Of a stretch of 64,000 nt of DNA, positions 27,058 through 41,518 are shown piece after piece. Both the position numbers and the translations under genes were made by a program. Within the stretch, counting starts at the first letter, position 1. Every line of letters begins with the position of its first letter. Origin of the DNA: Octopus vulgaris (lineage: Eukaryota); contig OX597825.1 of assembly GCA_951406725.2 (NCBI GenBank), positions 22,568,001 to 22,632,000 on the forward strand, in the 5' to 3' direction. The notes beneath the pieces are model-generated. The model did no database searches, was not told the origin of the DNA, and saw only the letters and a program-made list of their open reading frames with translations.

Positions 27058-27315
27058 ATTTGTTTGTGTGTGTGTGTGCGTGTGTGTATGTGTGTATGTT
27101 TGTGTGTCTGTGTCTGTCACCCCAACATCGCTTGACCACCGATGCTGGTGTGTTTACATTCGCGTAACCTAGCGGTTCGGCAAAAAGACACCGATAGAAT
27201 AAGTACTAGGCTTCCAAAGAATAAGTCCTAGGGGCGATTTGCTCGACTAAAGGCACTGCTCCAGCATGACCACAGTCAAAGGACTGGAACAATTAAAAGG
27301 GTAAAAGAGTAAGAG
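26498..27315 (+). mobile_element. SINE family A with a foreign cassette nested in its internal microsatellite
   Basis: Head 26498-26660, tail ~27105-27315, insert ~26685-27015. Confidence 0.85.
26685..27015 (+). mobile_element. short repeat with hammerhead-like fold (homologous to 58477-58750)
   Basis: Shared ACCTTCGAAAC...CTGANGA...GTCTTGTACTCTG...TGTCCTGTAC...GTAGATGTAGGTA. Confidence 0.7.
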
Positions 27316-28260
27316 TATATTTAATTTCTATTGATCATTATTATACATATTTCTGTTATTGAATGAAGCATTTATCGTTTATATAATAGTCTAAAGGCAA
27401 GAAATATTAATATATATGAAAATGTCACAATTGTACGAAAATGAACTTCGTGTCTAATTATATGCTCTCACCATATGATTATAATGTCCACCATTATTAG
27501 AGAATACAGTATACTTACATAGCAACGTATTTGATGTAACAAATCAAATTAAAGATACATGTTATTTATAAAAAACAACAAGCATCGGTGTTTATGTATA
27601 TTTCAAATATATTGTGTTGACATATTTTAAGAACTTACCTATACGCAGACGTATAAAATATATCTGCGAAGTATCCTTAGAAAATAGTTGAATATCAAAA
27701 TATCCTGATTGCCATTCTAGACCAATATGGCCTTTACGCCATACCAAAAGAAGAGGAACTAACATACTGGATTAGCATAGTGAACAACATAAAGCTAAAT
27801 TAAAAGAACGGAAACTGCAAACCCACTTCGAAAGCTAGGCACTATGTACAAAGATGCACATGCGATACATTACAACATAAGATGCCTTCGTTTTATTCAG
27901 AAATGTTTCCTGGAGTAGTTGCGATAATGTCAATTCAATAAAGCAAGCGTGGACCAATTGTATATTATGACCTCGGTTCAGCATAATCTTCGTATTTAAT
28001 ATTTGCCCTTTGGAAAAGTATACTATTCTTATAATTATCATATGGGCTATTTGAAAAAGTATGTTATTCTTATGATTGCATTTATGTTTCTATTTCATTG
28101 GCACAAAGACTTCCGACATTATCGAATAGTAAATAAATCATCTACGTTTAGGGTTAACATTTTTGTTTCGATATAGTGATATAAAGGCAAAATAGGCACC
28201 TTCCAAAAGAGATACAAAATAGATAGAGTGATCTTACTCACGATGACAGCCACTCCTTCG

Positions 28261-28295
<35 letters not shown>

Positions 28296-28631
28296 GAAAC
28301 CCGCTTCGGTCACGACACAGACCATGGGATTGCACCTAGAAAGTTACCCTTCTAGACACAAGTCTGGGCGAGGTTGTTTATGGAAGACCAGCAGTTGCCC
28401 ATGCATACCAGCCTCTCCTCTCCACGCCACCAGTGTTATCAAAGGGGAAGACAAAGGTCGATACAGCTTGGCACCAGTGACGTCGCAACTCATTTCTACA
28501 GCTGAGTTAACTGGAGCAACGTGAAATAAAGTGCCTTGCTCAAGAACACAACACGCAGCCCGGTCTGGGATTCGAGCTCACAACCTCACGTTCGTAACCT
28601 CGACGCTCTAACAACTGAGCCATGCGCCTTC
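28296..28631 (-). mobile_element. SINE family B
   Basis: Reverse-complement match to 19148-19459. Confidence 0.9.
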
Positions 28632-28652
28632 ACATGTATATATATATATATA

Positions 28653-28787
28653 GCTGTGAGGTAAGAAGCCTGCTTCCCAAATACATGGTCCCGGGCTCAG
28701 TCTGCATGGCACCTTGGGCAAGTGTCTTCTATCCCCTCGGGCCAACCAAAGCTTCGTGAGTGATTTGCCAGAAACTGAAAGCGCATC

Positions 28788-28790
<3 letters not shown>
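28653..28790 (+). mobile_element. degenerate SINE family A head
   Basis: GCTGTGAGGTAAG...GGCACCTTGGGCAAGTGTCTTCTA. Confidence 0.75.
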
Positions 28791-28838
<48 letters not shown>

Positions 28839-29802
28839 CACACACACAATTAAATAATGTTGAGGAAATTATACGCTATACAAAGACATATTGAAACCTA
28901 AACTACAATGTTCAAAGCGAGGTTTCTTTTTTTAGTACATTTTAGGAGTGCAATCCAATTCGCTGTCGTGCAAAAGGACGAGATCATCTGCAATGTATAT
29001 GGAAACTGCCGACATCTACATGACTTAATTAGCTTCATAAATTCTATCGATGTCTTTGAGTGCTTGGTATAATTCTTCTAATTGTATTTACTGAACGAAT
29101 GAGTACAATTATGCTAATGAATATTACAAAGGGACATAAAACGAGAACATTATACAAAACCGTCCACGAGCAATTTAAGACGATGATTTCAATTTAAGAC
29201 CATGAGTGTTACTTTGCTGTCCATGAATATATAAATAAGAATCATTATTGCTGGTTGCCTGTTCACTCTGCTTTTAAATATGTATTGTAAATCAAAGAGG
29301 AGCTATATAAATTATATTATTGGTTACAAACTTTAAGCACTACGCGACTCTATTCTCCAAATTATTCTTGGGTGAAGGATATTTGTGTACTCTTGTTGTT
29401 CCTGTATTTGTCTCTCTTTGTTTTAACCTACTTTAATTTTTATTTTAGCATACCAAGGATGGTAAAGTAGGTTTGTAGGAAAAGAATATATTTTGTTCAC
29501 TACGTGCTATTTTGTAGGCCATCTTATTTCACTGATGAAAATAATATGTTGATCAATGAATCTATTTCTATGGTCATCCGAATAAGGCGACGGCTGAATA
29601 TTTAACAGTACGAATGAATGTAATCAGTAAAGATAAGAGCAACTATTATTGAATCAGGATCTAAGTGTTTGTATTGTTGCCTTACCTACGAATATATGTG
29701 GTCACCAACACAAATCATCGATGATTAATTTTTTTATTTTCCGTATGGAGAAGAAGCTATAAAGATTCTTTGATTATTTATGACTACAGTATGGAGTTGT
29801 TT

Positions 29803-30063
29803 GTGGAGGCGCGTGGCTTAGTGGTTAGGGTGTCAGCATCATGATCGCAAGATTGTGGTTTCGATGCCTGGACTGGGCGACGCGTTGTGTTCTTGAGCAA
29901 ATCACTTCATTTCACGTTGCTCCAGTCCACTCAGCTGGCAAAAATGAGTAACGCTGCGATGGACTGGCGTCCCGTCCAGGTGGGGAACACATACGCCATA
30001 AAACCCGGTAAACCGGGCCCATGAGCCTGGCTAGGCTTTAAAAGGGCGCATTTATTTATTATT
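29803..30063 (+). mobile_element. tRNA-derived SINE family E with 12-bp TSD
   Basis: A box TGGCTTAGTGG, B box GTTTCGATGCC, B-type core, GCGATGGACTGGCGTCCCGTCCAGG segment and (TTTA)n tail. TSD TATGGAGTTGTT at 29790-29801 and 30064-30075. Confidence 0.9.
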
Positions 30064-31140
30064 TATGGAGTTGTTAAATGTGACATTTTGGGATTTCAAG
30101 ATTCTGCTCACAGGACATATTCATATACACGTAACACATATCATTTTAGTATTGATTTGTCCTTTGAAAGATCTTTCCTGAAACAAAGACAGCAATATCT
30201 TCACTTTTTGAAGGAATTACTGTGCAATATATCCACCTGTACAAAGTTATAAATTCAATAATGGGTGTAATAAAGGAAATATCAATTAAATAATGCGTTA
30301 ACTGCCGGCCACTTTCTACAATGATATTCTTTATTTAATGTTTTAAAATCTGCTATGCTCAAATCTATTTTGTTCAATAGGCACTTCAGTGAAATTATTT
30401 GCCTGTGAGCTGCTACAACACTATATAATCAATGACAATTATTCAATGAATAACTGTTATTATTTTAGATTAATATTTTATGAGGTCTATTATGTATAAG
30501 GTTTTGATTGGCTATTATTGCTAAATTCATATTAACTCGCATTGGCTTCTAAACGACGTAACACATAATATGTAACACCAGTAATATGCAGTAATTAATT
30601 GGTGTGGCAAATATATTGATATCTTCTCGTCTAAATTCATACTTGGAATTCCTCATTAACGCTTGTACGATTTAAAAATTCCCGGTTCTATCTATGTCGC
30701 ATGAGGATGTCAGAGTACAATAGCTTCTATATGTTGTTCGCTCTGTTAAGCTGTAAATCGCCCCTCTAATTCCTTACCTGTCTTATTAATTTTTAATTAT
30801 TCTCACTTGGTCAACAAAGTGCTAACAACTTCAGTATTTCATTCCGTACAAAGAATAATTTAGTTGCAACTGAATTATATGCACAACTATGGCACAGAAG
30901 TGAAAAGTCATGTAATTTTATGATTGTTGCAAAATGTCTAGATCACTTAACCCTATAATATTCCCTATAAATTGTTTCCAATTTTTTGAATATTGTCACC
31001 TAACGGAGGATATCTCTTAGTTTTTATGTGTTTAAAAAAAACAACAAAAACCAACGGTAAGTAGATTTCTGGTCATATTCAAGATAGCGGAGTAGTACCA
31101 TTAAAATTATAAAATATATTTACCAACAATTGCTGTGCTG

Positions 31141-31208
31141 TTGTGATGATCTGAAAAAGCCTTATAGAAACAATTGTGATGATCTGAAAAAGCCTTATAG
31201 AAACAATT
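31141..31208 (+). repeat. 33-bp tandem duplication
   Basis: TTGTGATGATCTGAAAAAGCCTTATAGAAACAA x2. Confidence 0.9.
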
Positions 31209-31392
31209 ATTAATAGAAACAATTATTCACAATCAAGCAGGAGTAAAAAACAGAATAAGAAAACTGGTTTTAATTTACTAAGGTCAATTCTACGAACTTC
31301 TACTAGATTCTTTCAACTAGAGTAATTAATTATGCACGATTATTTACAATCAAACAGGAATGTCTTTTAAATATTGCTGCCGTCAGTCACTT

Positions 31393-31776
31393 GGAAGCAC
31401 TCCGTCGGTTACGACGAAGAGGGTTCCGGTTGATCCGAATCAACGGAACAGCCTGCTCGTGAAATTAACGTGTATGTGGCTGAGCACTCCACAGACACGT
31501 GTACCCTTAACGTAGTTCTCGGGGATATTCAGCGTGACACAGAGAGTGACAAGACCGGCCTTTTGAAATACAGGCACAACAGAAACAGGAAGTAAGAGTG
31601 AGAGAAAGTTGTGGTGAAAGAGTACAGCAGGGATCACCACCATCCCCTGCCGGAACCTCGTGGAGCTTTAGGTGTTTTCGCTCAATAAACACTCACAACG
31701 CCCGGTCTGGGAATCGAAACCGCGATCCTATGACCGCGAGTCCGCTGCCCTAACCACTGGGCTATTGCGCCTCCAC
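31393..31776 (-). mobile_element. full-length tRNA-derived SINE family C with TSD
   Basis: Head GTGGAGGCGCAATAGCCCAGTGG...GGTTTCGATTCCC. TSD CGT(C/T)AGTCACTT at 31381-31392 and 31777-31788. Confidence 0.9.
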
Positions 31777-32027
31777 CGTTAGTCACTTAACGTAGAAGGG
31801 TCAGTAGAAAATAAACGAAAACGAGACAAATAAACCGTCAGATACATTTTCCATATTTCTTTTAAAATTATTTAATACATTTAAACATTACGGTTGTAAA
31901 CGGATATAATATATCTAAATATTTTTAACAAACGGTGTACAAAGTTACTGGAAAAAAAGAAACATCAATTAACTGATTGCAAAGTTTGGGTTTTAAATCG
32001 TAGAATATAATTATTATGCATATCATA

Positions 32028-32080
<53 letters not shown>

Positions 32081-32227
32081 CTTGTTAGAAGAGTATTATG
32101 TATATAGCAGAGTAATTTAATGACATATTATTATGTATATTCAAGGCATTACATTTTGGAATGCAAATAAATACTGAATGATTCATAGAATGTCTATGAC
32201 AGCACGGCTATAATGTTTTCACACACA

Positions 32228-32298
<71 letters not shown>

Positions 32299-32399
32299 AT
32301 ATACATATATATATATATACTCACACACACATATATATATATACCATTTTATATACATATATATATACTCACACACACATATATATATGTTCATATTTG

Positions 32400-32435
<36 letters not shown>

Positions 32436-33036
32436 CACACAAATCACACACATACACAGACACATGCACACACACACACATATATACATACTAAGACGGA
32501 TAAATAAGTATTAGCCAACCCATTCATTGAATAGCCTCAACTTGAATATTCATTTATGTTCAATTCAAAAGAGAAGTGCTTAATACAAAATATATTTCGA
32601 TGGTAGACTCTTGAAAATTTTCCTCGATGTATGTATGTCATACAGATATAAACAAGTGGAAAAAATACTCGCATAAGCCATGGTAATAAACTTTATTAAT
32701 GCGATTTCCTAAATTTACTGCTTTTCCTTGGACTGTTAATTTGAAATTATATTCAAACATGAATTCGTAAATTTATATCTAAACATGCAATTACGTGCAT
32801 GTTCTCTCTCACACTCGCTCTCACCCTCCCTCTATCTCCCTCTCTCTCCCTCGCTCTCTATCTCTCTCTTTTTCTCCCTCTCTTTCTTTCTTTATCTATC
32901 TATCTATCTCCCTCTCACACACTCAGTGTACTGTTTATTGATACTGCTCTTTTATTCTGAATAATGTGTGTGTGTGTGTGTATATATATATGTGTGTGTA
33001 TATATCTATATACATGCATATATTCACCGACACCCT

Positions 33037-33075
<39 letters not shown>

Positions 33076-33448
33076 CACACACACACATTCATGAAACATG
33101 TTTTTAACAATATGCATATAAATGCACGTATATTATGTGAGTGTGTATGTGAGTATGTGTGTGTGTATATTTGTAGGTTTGTGTTTGTGTATACTTATAC
33201 ATACATGTCTGAAAAAGGAGAGCGTGTTTGTAAGTAGTTGTAGTTCAATTACATACATGCAGAAACAGTTTCCAGGCATAATTTCAAACTATAAATTTTA
33301 CACTTATTTTACAACATTCAATAGGATATAAAGAAAAAGACAAAGAAATTCTTCATCCGAAATAAAACATATTCCTGCAAACCCATCCTTGAAATAAAAT
33401 TGCACACATATTTTCATATACACTGATCTACCTCCACAAGCATGCATA

Positions 33449-33494
<46 letters not shown>

Positions 33495-33574
33495 TATGTG
33501 TGTGTGTGTATATATATGTATAGATATAGATATAGATATATATATACATATATATATTTATATATATATATATA

Positions 33575-33792
33575 GGCGGCGAGCTGGCAGAAACGTTATA
33601 TAAATGCTTAGCGGTATTTCGTCTGCCGCTACGTTCTGAGTTCAAATTCCGCCGAGGTCGACTTTGCCTTTCATCCTTTCGGGGTCGATAAATAAAGTAC
33701 CAGTTTCGCACTGGGGGTCGTTGTAATCGACTTAATCCCTTTGTCTGTCCTTGTTTGTCCCCTCTATGTTTAGCCCCTTGTGGGCAATAAAG

Positions 33793-33795
<3 letters not shown>
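33575..33795 (+). mobile_element. SINE family F (Nin/Deu-like core), best-preserved copy
   Basis: GGCGGCGAGCTGGCAGAA...GAGTTCAAATTCC...GCCTTTCATCCTTTCGGGGTCGATAAA..AGTACC; flanked by (TA)n. Confidence 0.85.
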
Positions 33796-33833
<38 letters not shown>

Positions 33834-33886
33834 ATATGCTGCCCATTGATAACATTTTTTTCGAAAAAAAACTTTATCCTAGATTA

Positions 33887-33929
<43 letters not shown>

Positions 33930-33986
33930 CATCTATAGATACGTATGAGGAATAACCACCGAGGTGGATTCGTAGTAAGCTAGTAT

Positions 33987-34040
<54 letters not shown>

Positions 34041-34659
34041 TCACAGACCCTAGAATCAAAATTAAAATTAGATTAATTAGTTAGGAAGATTATATGTAAT
34101 ATCACATATCTTCTTTTAACTACTAATGTTTTATTTAAAAATAGCCATTATGGTTCCCATCGTTATAACCTTATCACATTTATTACAGAAAGCTAATCCT
34201 CGTCAGCTGTATAAATCCTAGATTTGTACATAATGTGTAGAAGTCTGTACCTAAGTAGACATGAATTCATTGAGACTTTTCGGCGTGTATACTGCAGAAT
34301 AAGAACGTTATGGACACGGGCATATATATTCGTGTTGTTTTTCTAATATAGTACGCTAATTACTCTTAAATATATGACTATATTATCAGATACGAACATA
34401 GCTATTTGAATTCCATACAGTCCCGATCGCACCCACTGGATTTTTGTTCAGCTGGGCAGATATTCGCAACATCAGTGGGTGTTTTATTCAATGCTTCGCA
34501 TAACAGAGATTGTGAATTCACATTTAGCCATGTGGCTAGCTGCGAGCAGAGCGATATGCGTCTGATGTTTACTCTGGTGATTTTTTTTCTTCCTCCGATA
34601 ATTATGAAAATATATCGTGAACTGGTTTATGAGTAAAGTATATGCATTAAGTATGACCA

Positions 34660-34862
34660 AGGTGCCACCCAGAACCATGTGGTTGGTAAGCAAGCAACTA
34701 ACCACACAGCCACTCCTGCGCCTACAGTCGAACAAATCGACCCTAGCACTTACTCTTTGTAAGCCTATTACTTATTCCATCGGTCACTTTTACCGAACTT
34801 CTAAGTTACGGGGATGTAAACACAGCAACATCGGTTGTCAACCGATGGTGGAGGGACAAACA
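34660..34862 (-). mobile_element. fragments of SINE family A
   Basis: A head piece and a tail piece, juxtaposed. Confidence 0.7.
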
Positions 34863-35304
34863 CACACACAAATAACACACACTCACACACACACACATAT
34901 ATATATATATAGTAGGTACAGACCCAGTAAATATATGGCACAACGAAGTACCGATATTTACTGGAAATAGCGAACGTAATAATACGACGCCAATGTATAG
35001 CTTCACCGCGTATGTATTAGCAAAAATGCGTGTGTGCAACAAACTAGAAAAGATTGTCTTACCTCCAGGGAGAACATCTGAAAGATGAAATACCTGGAAA
35101 AGGATAATGTGGGACCTGCAGGTTTCAGATTTTACAAGATATGTCTGCCACCCATAATCTTGTTATCTTCATCAGCCAAGCATATACCATGACAAAATCT
35201 CAGATGTTACCACATTAAAGCCATTACAATTGACTGAAACGCCGAAACGCCAACAGCACGAAAAAAAGCCCGTCATATATATATATACATATATATATAT
35301 ATAT

Positions 35305-35416
35305 GACGGGCTTTTTTTAGTTTCCGTCTACCAAATCCACTCAAGAGGCTTTGATCCCGGAACCATGTGGTTGCGAAGCAAGCTTCTTGCAACACAGCCA
35401 CGCTTACGCCTGCGCC
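35305..35416 (-). mobile_element. internally deleted SINE family A head
   Basis: TTTCCGTCTACCAAATCCACTC...CCCGGAACCATGTGG...GCGCC. Confidence 0.75.
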
Positions 35417-35831
35417 TATTGTATAAATACATTTCTCATTTCATTACAAAACAATCATTATTAATGTTTGTGTTACATAATATTATTGATGAATGAAAAT
35501 AAATCCTATCAGAGGTGTTAAATGAAATAAGTCTTATACACTTTGTTGATTATCAAACTTGTATAAAAATTTCATTCACACCGAAATATAAATTTCTTTT
35601 CTTCAGGTTGATCAAGACATTTGAAATAGTTATCATATGTACATAACAAATTTGGCGTGAAAAATGGAAGACGAATAATCAGTACAGCTGTACCGATAAC
35701 AGGGAAAATTAAGTTACCTGAGGAAATATAATTATATCATACATAAATAGTATTTATTTTATTAAGGTCAGACACTAGGTTAAGAACGATGTAATTTCGT
35801 AATGACTGTTTTAGAATATTCTTAATATCTA

Positions 35832-36385
35832 AGGCAGTATCGTTGTCAGAATCGTTAAGCACACCGGACGAAATGCTTAACGGCATCTCGTCTGTCTTTG
35901 TGGTTTGAGTTCAAATTCTGCCAGGATCGACTTAGCTTTTTGTCCTTTCGGGGTATGTAAAATTGGTTGATCACTGGGAGTCATGTAATCGACTTACGCT
36001 CTCCACATCACCCCCGAATCTGCTGGCTTTGTGTCGGAATTTAAAACCAATGTACTTTATATCTTTTATTTGTTTCAGTCATTTGAGATAATGCTGGAGC
36101 ACTTCTTCGAAGAGTATAAGCCAAATTTATTTTATTTATCCTTTTATGGTCGGGCCGCTACGTTATGTGGTTGCAAACAAATGAAAGTCTCTTGTCAAGC
36201 GAGGTGGTGAGGAACATAACACAAAAACACAAACACAAGCGCAGACGAAACTGTGTGGTACGATGTCTTGCTTCTCAATCACATGGTTGCGGGTTCTGTC
36301 CTATAGCGTGGCACCTTGACCAAGTCTCTTCTACTGTATCCTCGGGCTGACCAAAGCCGTGTGAGTAGACTTGGAATACGGATAC
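35832..36385. mobile_element. degenerate SINE F followed by SINE A fragments
   Basis: F core at ~35832-36050 (+); A tail (-) at ~36060-36230 and A head (+) at ~36240-36385. Confidence 0.65.
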
Positions 36386-36550
36386 TTAAAACTTAAAATT
36401 AATATTTAACATTATAATTGATGTTTTGATTTAATCATAATCGTTAAGTTTCTAGTTTGATAATATAGTTTTTTATAAGTAAAATTATTATATTATTTAT
36501 TTCTTAAAAATATTGTTTAAATATTTATGTTTACTTATTAAAATATTACA

Positions 36551-36650
36551 ATTAACCTGAAGATTGACTGTAACCATAATTCCAATTATTAATTGAATTT
36601 AAATTATTGTTATTCGAATTGGTTACGGGCATGAAACGATCGTAGTGTTT
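36551..36650 (+). ncRNA. hammerhead ribozyme motif (long stem II loop, weak stem I)
   Basis: CTGAAGA 36557-36563; stem II TTGACTGTAACCA/TGGTTACGGGCAT; GAAAC-GATC-GTA with palindromic ACGATCGT stem III. Confidence 0.6.
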
Positions 36651-36759
36651 TTACTATTTATCTTATATTAAACTTGTAATACTTTTTGATAGTTATATAA
36701 TTTACAACAAAAAAATAAATAAATAAAATAAAATAATAAAATAATAAAATAATAATAAT

Positions 36760-36804
<45 letters not shown>

Positions 36805-37914
36805 AAGTTTATAAGTTTGAATTATTTAAATCATTTTTAAAATTTTAACTTTAATTTAAATATTTTAATTTGGAATTTTATATTTTATATTTTTTTAATT
36901 AATTTTTTTCTATGTATTGGCTTATGATTTTCACTGTTTGATTTGCCTAATGGTGGTTTTATCGCTAATTTAATATAATATTTTTATACTATAAAATTGG
37001 ATTTAATCCTAAATCTAATTTTTCCCTGTAAGTTTGGATTTGCTCCCTAATATTATTATTATATGTATTTCGCGACTGCCATGGGGAACACCTGCGAAGG
37101 GAATAATCCTGTGTTTGAAATCAGGGATAAAAACAGCCGTAGCTAAATACTATGCAGCATTTTGTCTTCGTCATAAATAATGCGCAACGACCCAGTGTTT
37201 TTAAAGGTTTAATGCTATTTCTACGTAACGTATACAAGGTCTTTTTGCTTTTATTTTTGTCTTATTTGAAACTCTCAATGAAACTTTGCGCTTCGTGATT
37301 GATCGCACATGAGTAGGTGGACGTTTTTTCTAAGCGCGTGTAAATACACGTTTGCGTGCACGCGATGCTTGTTCCTTCGTGCGCTTATTTTTATCATTTC
37401 AATTTATAACTCTTGTGGGTTTGTTTTCTTTTTATTTTAAACTCACACTCTTGCGTAATACAATTGAAGCTTATTAAGAATACTCTGTGACTGTAATAAC
37501 TACTTCGTAATTAGACACGACTCTTTGTGTCTTTTATTAGATGGAACGTCATGGCTTCAGTCGTGGGCGTTTAAAGAACAGTTGTTCCGAAAACAAACTA
37601 TAACATCAGTAAAATGGAAAAATAAAAGCTTAGGATCTTACACCTGACATTGTCTTTGTAGTTTTCCCTTAAATATTGGAAGCAAATTATTTAAATCAAT
37701 TATGTGATGGTAGCCTAATATTTCATCAAATATGGCAGTTTGTCGTTCCGTGTAATTTTAACAAAATACTTCTTATGTTAATATCTTTTATGATGAATTG
37801 GTCCTAAAAATTTATTAATTATTCCAAAATTACTTTGATCAACGCAAAAGGAATTTATATATCGGTTTTGTGTTCATATTAATGTCTCGTAATATAGCCA
37901 CTTATATAAAAAGA

Positions 37915-38895
37915 CACGAGCTGACAGAATCGTGAGTGCGCCGGAGTGAAGTCGGACTAAATTCTTAGCGGCATTTTGTCCGTCTTTATGTCATGGGTTC
38001 AAATTCCGCCGGGACCCAGTTATGTAAGAAGATCCGGTTATGTAAGAAAAAAATAATAATAATTTTTAGATAGTTTACCACATTAAAGTAGCATGCTACA
38101 TTATATCGTTTCCATTAAAGGCACAAGGTTTTAATTTTGTGGGGGAAGGGGCTAGTCAATTATATCGGCCCCGGTGTTTCACTGGTACTTAATTTATCGA
38201 CCCCGAAATTTTGAAAGGTAAAGTCGACTTCGGTGGAATTTAAAAACAGAAGGTGAAGACAAGCGAAATACTGCTAAGCATTTCGCGCGATGTGCTAATG
38301 TATCTGCTAGCTCGCCGCCTCATTATTCTACATTATAAAGAGTAGATAAGGTATATGTGCATTTTATGAGAGGCAAGGAGTATTAGCGTTACTGATAACG
38401 CTTATTACTAATGTATATATAGAGATATAAAAGGTAGTGAGCTGGCAGAAATGTTAGTACGCCGAGAAAAATACTTAGGGTATTTCCTCTATCTTTACGG
38501 TCTGTGTTCAACTTTCGTCGAGGTCAACTTCCCTTTTGTCCTTCCTGGGTCGATAAGTTAAGGACCAGTTGCATAATAGGGTTGATCTAATCGACTGGCC
38601 ACCTCACCCAGAATTTCGGGCCTTGTTCCTAGAGTAGAAAAGAATATATATATATAAACTGAACATTCTATTAAATTTCATTTTGATTTAATAAATATTT
38701 GTATTTTGACAAAACCAAGGCGCCGGACAATGTGCTTAGCGGAATTTCGTCGGTCTTTACGTTCTGAGTTCAAAATCCATCGAGGTCGTCTATCATTTTA
38801 ATATCCTTGAAATAAATACTAGTTGAAAATAGAGGGCGTTGTAATCAACTTAACTTCTTCAAAACATTTCGTGCCTTGTCCCTATATTTCAAAGG
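37915..38895. mobile_element. cluster of SINE family F copies (37915-38015 +, 38118-38320 -, 38432-38644 +, 38720-38895 +)
   Basis: Recurrent F head and core motifs. Confidence 0.8.
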
Positions 38896-39583
38896 ATTAT
38901 TTTGTAACCTTAGTATGAAATGGGGGAAAAAACGTAGTATTTAAATTATTGTACCTATCTTAACATTACTTGGTATTACACTCTATGATAAAATGATATC
39001 CCATCCTACCATTAGTTGTCAAGTCATAGACGACTCACAGCCTTGATTTATATGATTGTCAATGGGTGTATGTTAAGTTTTTCTAATAGTTTGTTCTTTT
39101 ATAAAACTAAATCTGTGCCAACCTGATCAAGAATTTTGGAATTAATTATAATCCTTGTGTTGTATTGGAATTAGAAAGTTCGCGAACCTATGATCCAAGA
39201 TATTTTTCTTTACTTAACAGATGTTTATACAGCATAAATAATTCGGATTTCATAGATAATAGATTGTTTTATAGATTATTAAGCTAAATCGTTCTCGAGA
39301 TAGTAATTACATAGTTTGAATGAACGACAATTTTGTACATGCCGTTTCTCACAGAATAAATATTGTTTTCGTTATAAGAATGGTAGAATTACAAGAGTGA
39401 TTACTTCGGATTTTCTTGAAAGCTCACACTAGTTGTTTTTATTCAATAATCAATAAAGCTTTCGTGGGATTTATATGTATCATATGATATCGCATGATAG
39501 CATATTTTATAGTTTACTGTATATGGTAGTCAGTGGTAAAGAAAATATTCTTTGATAGTATAACGAGATAATGTAAGGAGACG

Positions 39584-39613
39584 GTGTTGTTGTTGTTGTG
39601 ATTATTAATATTA

Positions 39614-39666
<53 letters not shown>

Positions 39667-39741
39667 GATATTATTATTATTATTATTATTAATATTATTT
39701 TTATTATTATTAATACTATTATTATTATTATTAATACTATA

Positions 39742-39816
<75 letters not shown>
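39584..39816. repeat. (ATT)n microsatellite, tail or target of the LINE
   Basis: Directly visible. Confidence 0.95.
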
Positions 39817-40785
39817 GAGTGAGAGAGCAGGGCATGCCATCAAAGTGACACTGGCGTACAAATATACTAAGCCGAATATAGCTATCATGACTACTCGTCT
39901 GATAAGAGTACACCAGACCCATATATCACAACCAGGACTCCGACAATTATTGGTACTGCTACCACCTTTTTCATCGAGCACAACTGCTTAACCTCCCAAG
40001 CTAACCTGTAATATCTACCGAATTTTTTCTTCCTTATCGCATACCTTGTCAGCTGAGCATGCATAGTTTGCTTTCTTTTTCAATTAAGATTATGCCTGGC
40101 TTCCTATTCTCTATCTCATGGTTGCACTGACTCATAAAATCCCACAGAATCTTTGCATTATCATTTTCGATGATGCCTTCGGGTTTATGGTCGTACCAAT
40201 TTTTTGCTCTGTCAAGTCCATACTTGTTGCAAAGTGTCCAATGGACAACTCTTGCTAAATATTATTGGCGTCTCTTATATTCTTTCTGGGCCAGTGACGT
40301 ACATTCACTGGTAATGCGCCATACGGTTTCACCATTTTCTCCACAAATTCTGCACTTATCACTTTCTGATGTGTTGTCTATTCTGTATTTTATGTAATTT
40401 GTTCTTACTGCTTGTTCTTGAGTAGCAAAGATTAGAGTCTCTGCTTCTTGTTTTAAATCCCTTTTAGTGACCCACAGCCATGTCTGTCTTATCTTCAGTT
40501 CACTATGAAATTGTCCATGCATTCTTTTCTTTACCCACCTATTTTCAGTTTCATTCGTTTTCAATTTCTTCTATAGTGCTTTATCTTAGCAATCTTTCAT
40601 CCTACACAAGCCTGCCCTACTTACTCTTAATAATAGGGGATCTTTGGCATTTTTAGATACCATGCAATGTTGTTTTCTTCTGCTCTAATTCTGTGTTCGC
40701 ATCCAATAAGCCCTCTTCCCCCTCTTTTTCTTGGTACATACAGTCTGTCTGTGTCACTTTTTGTGTGGAACGTCCCATATCTAAT
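39817..40785 (-). mobile_element. 5'-truncated R4/Dong-type (restriction-like endonuclease) non-LTR retrotransposon
   Basis: Minus-strand translation: DRLYVPRKRGGRGLIG (post-RT), MHGQF, zinc knuckle CRICGENGETVWRITSECTSLAQKEYKRR, ILWDF, RKPGI (degenerate PD motif), VPIIVGVL. Bounded by (TAA)n. Confidence 0.85.
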
Positions 40786-40824
40786 TAGCGACTTCCTTTT
40801 ATTATTATTATTATTATTATTATT

Positions 40825-40940
<116 letters not shown>

Positions 40941-40969
40941 CATTATTATTATTATTATTATTATTATTC

Positions 40970-41518
<549 letters not shown>

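Noticed and set aside
37068-37150. GC-richer patch as a possible HDV-like ribozyme
   Set aside because: I could not build the nested double pseudoknot by eye.
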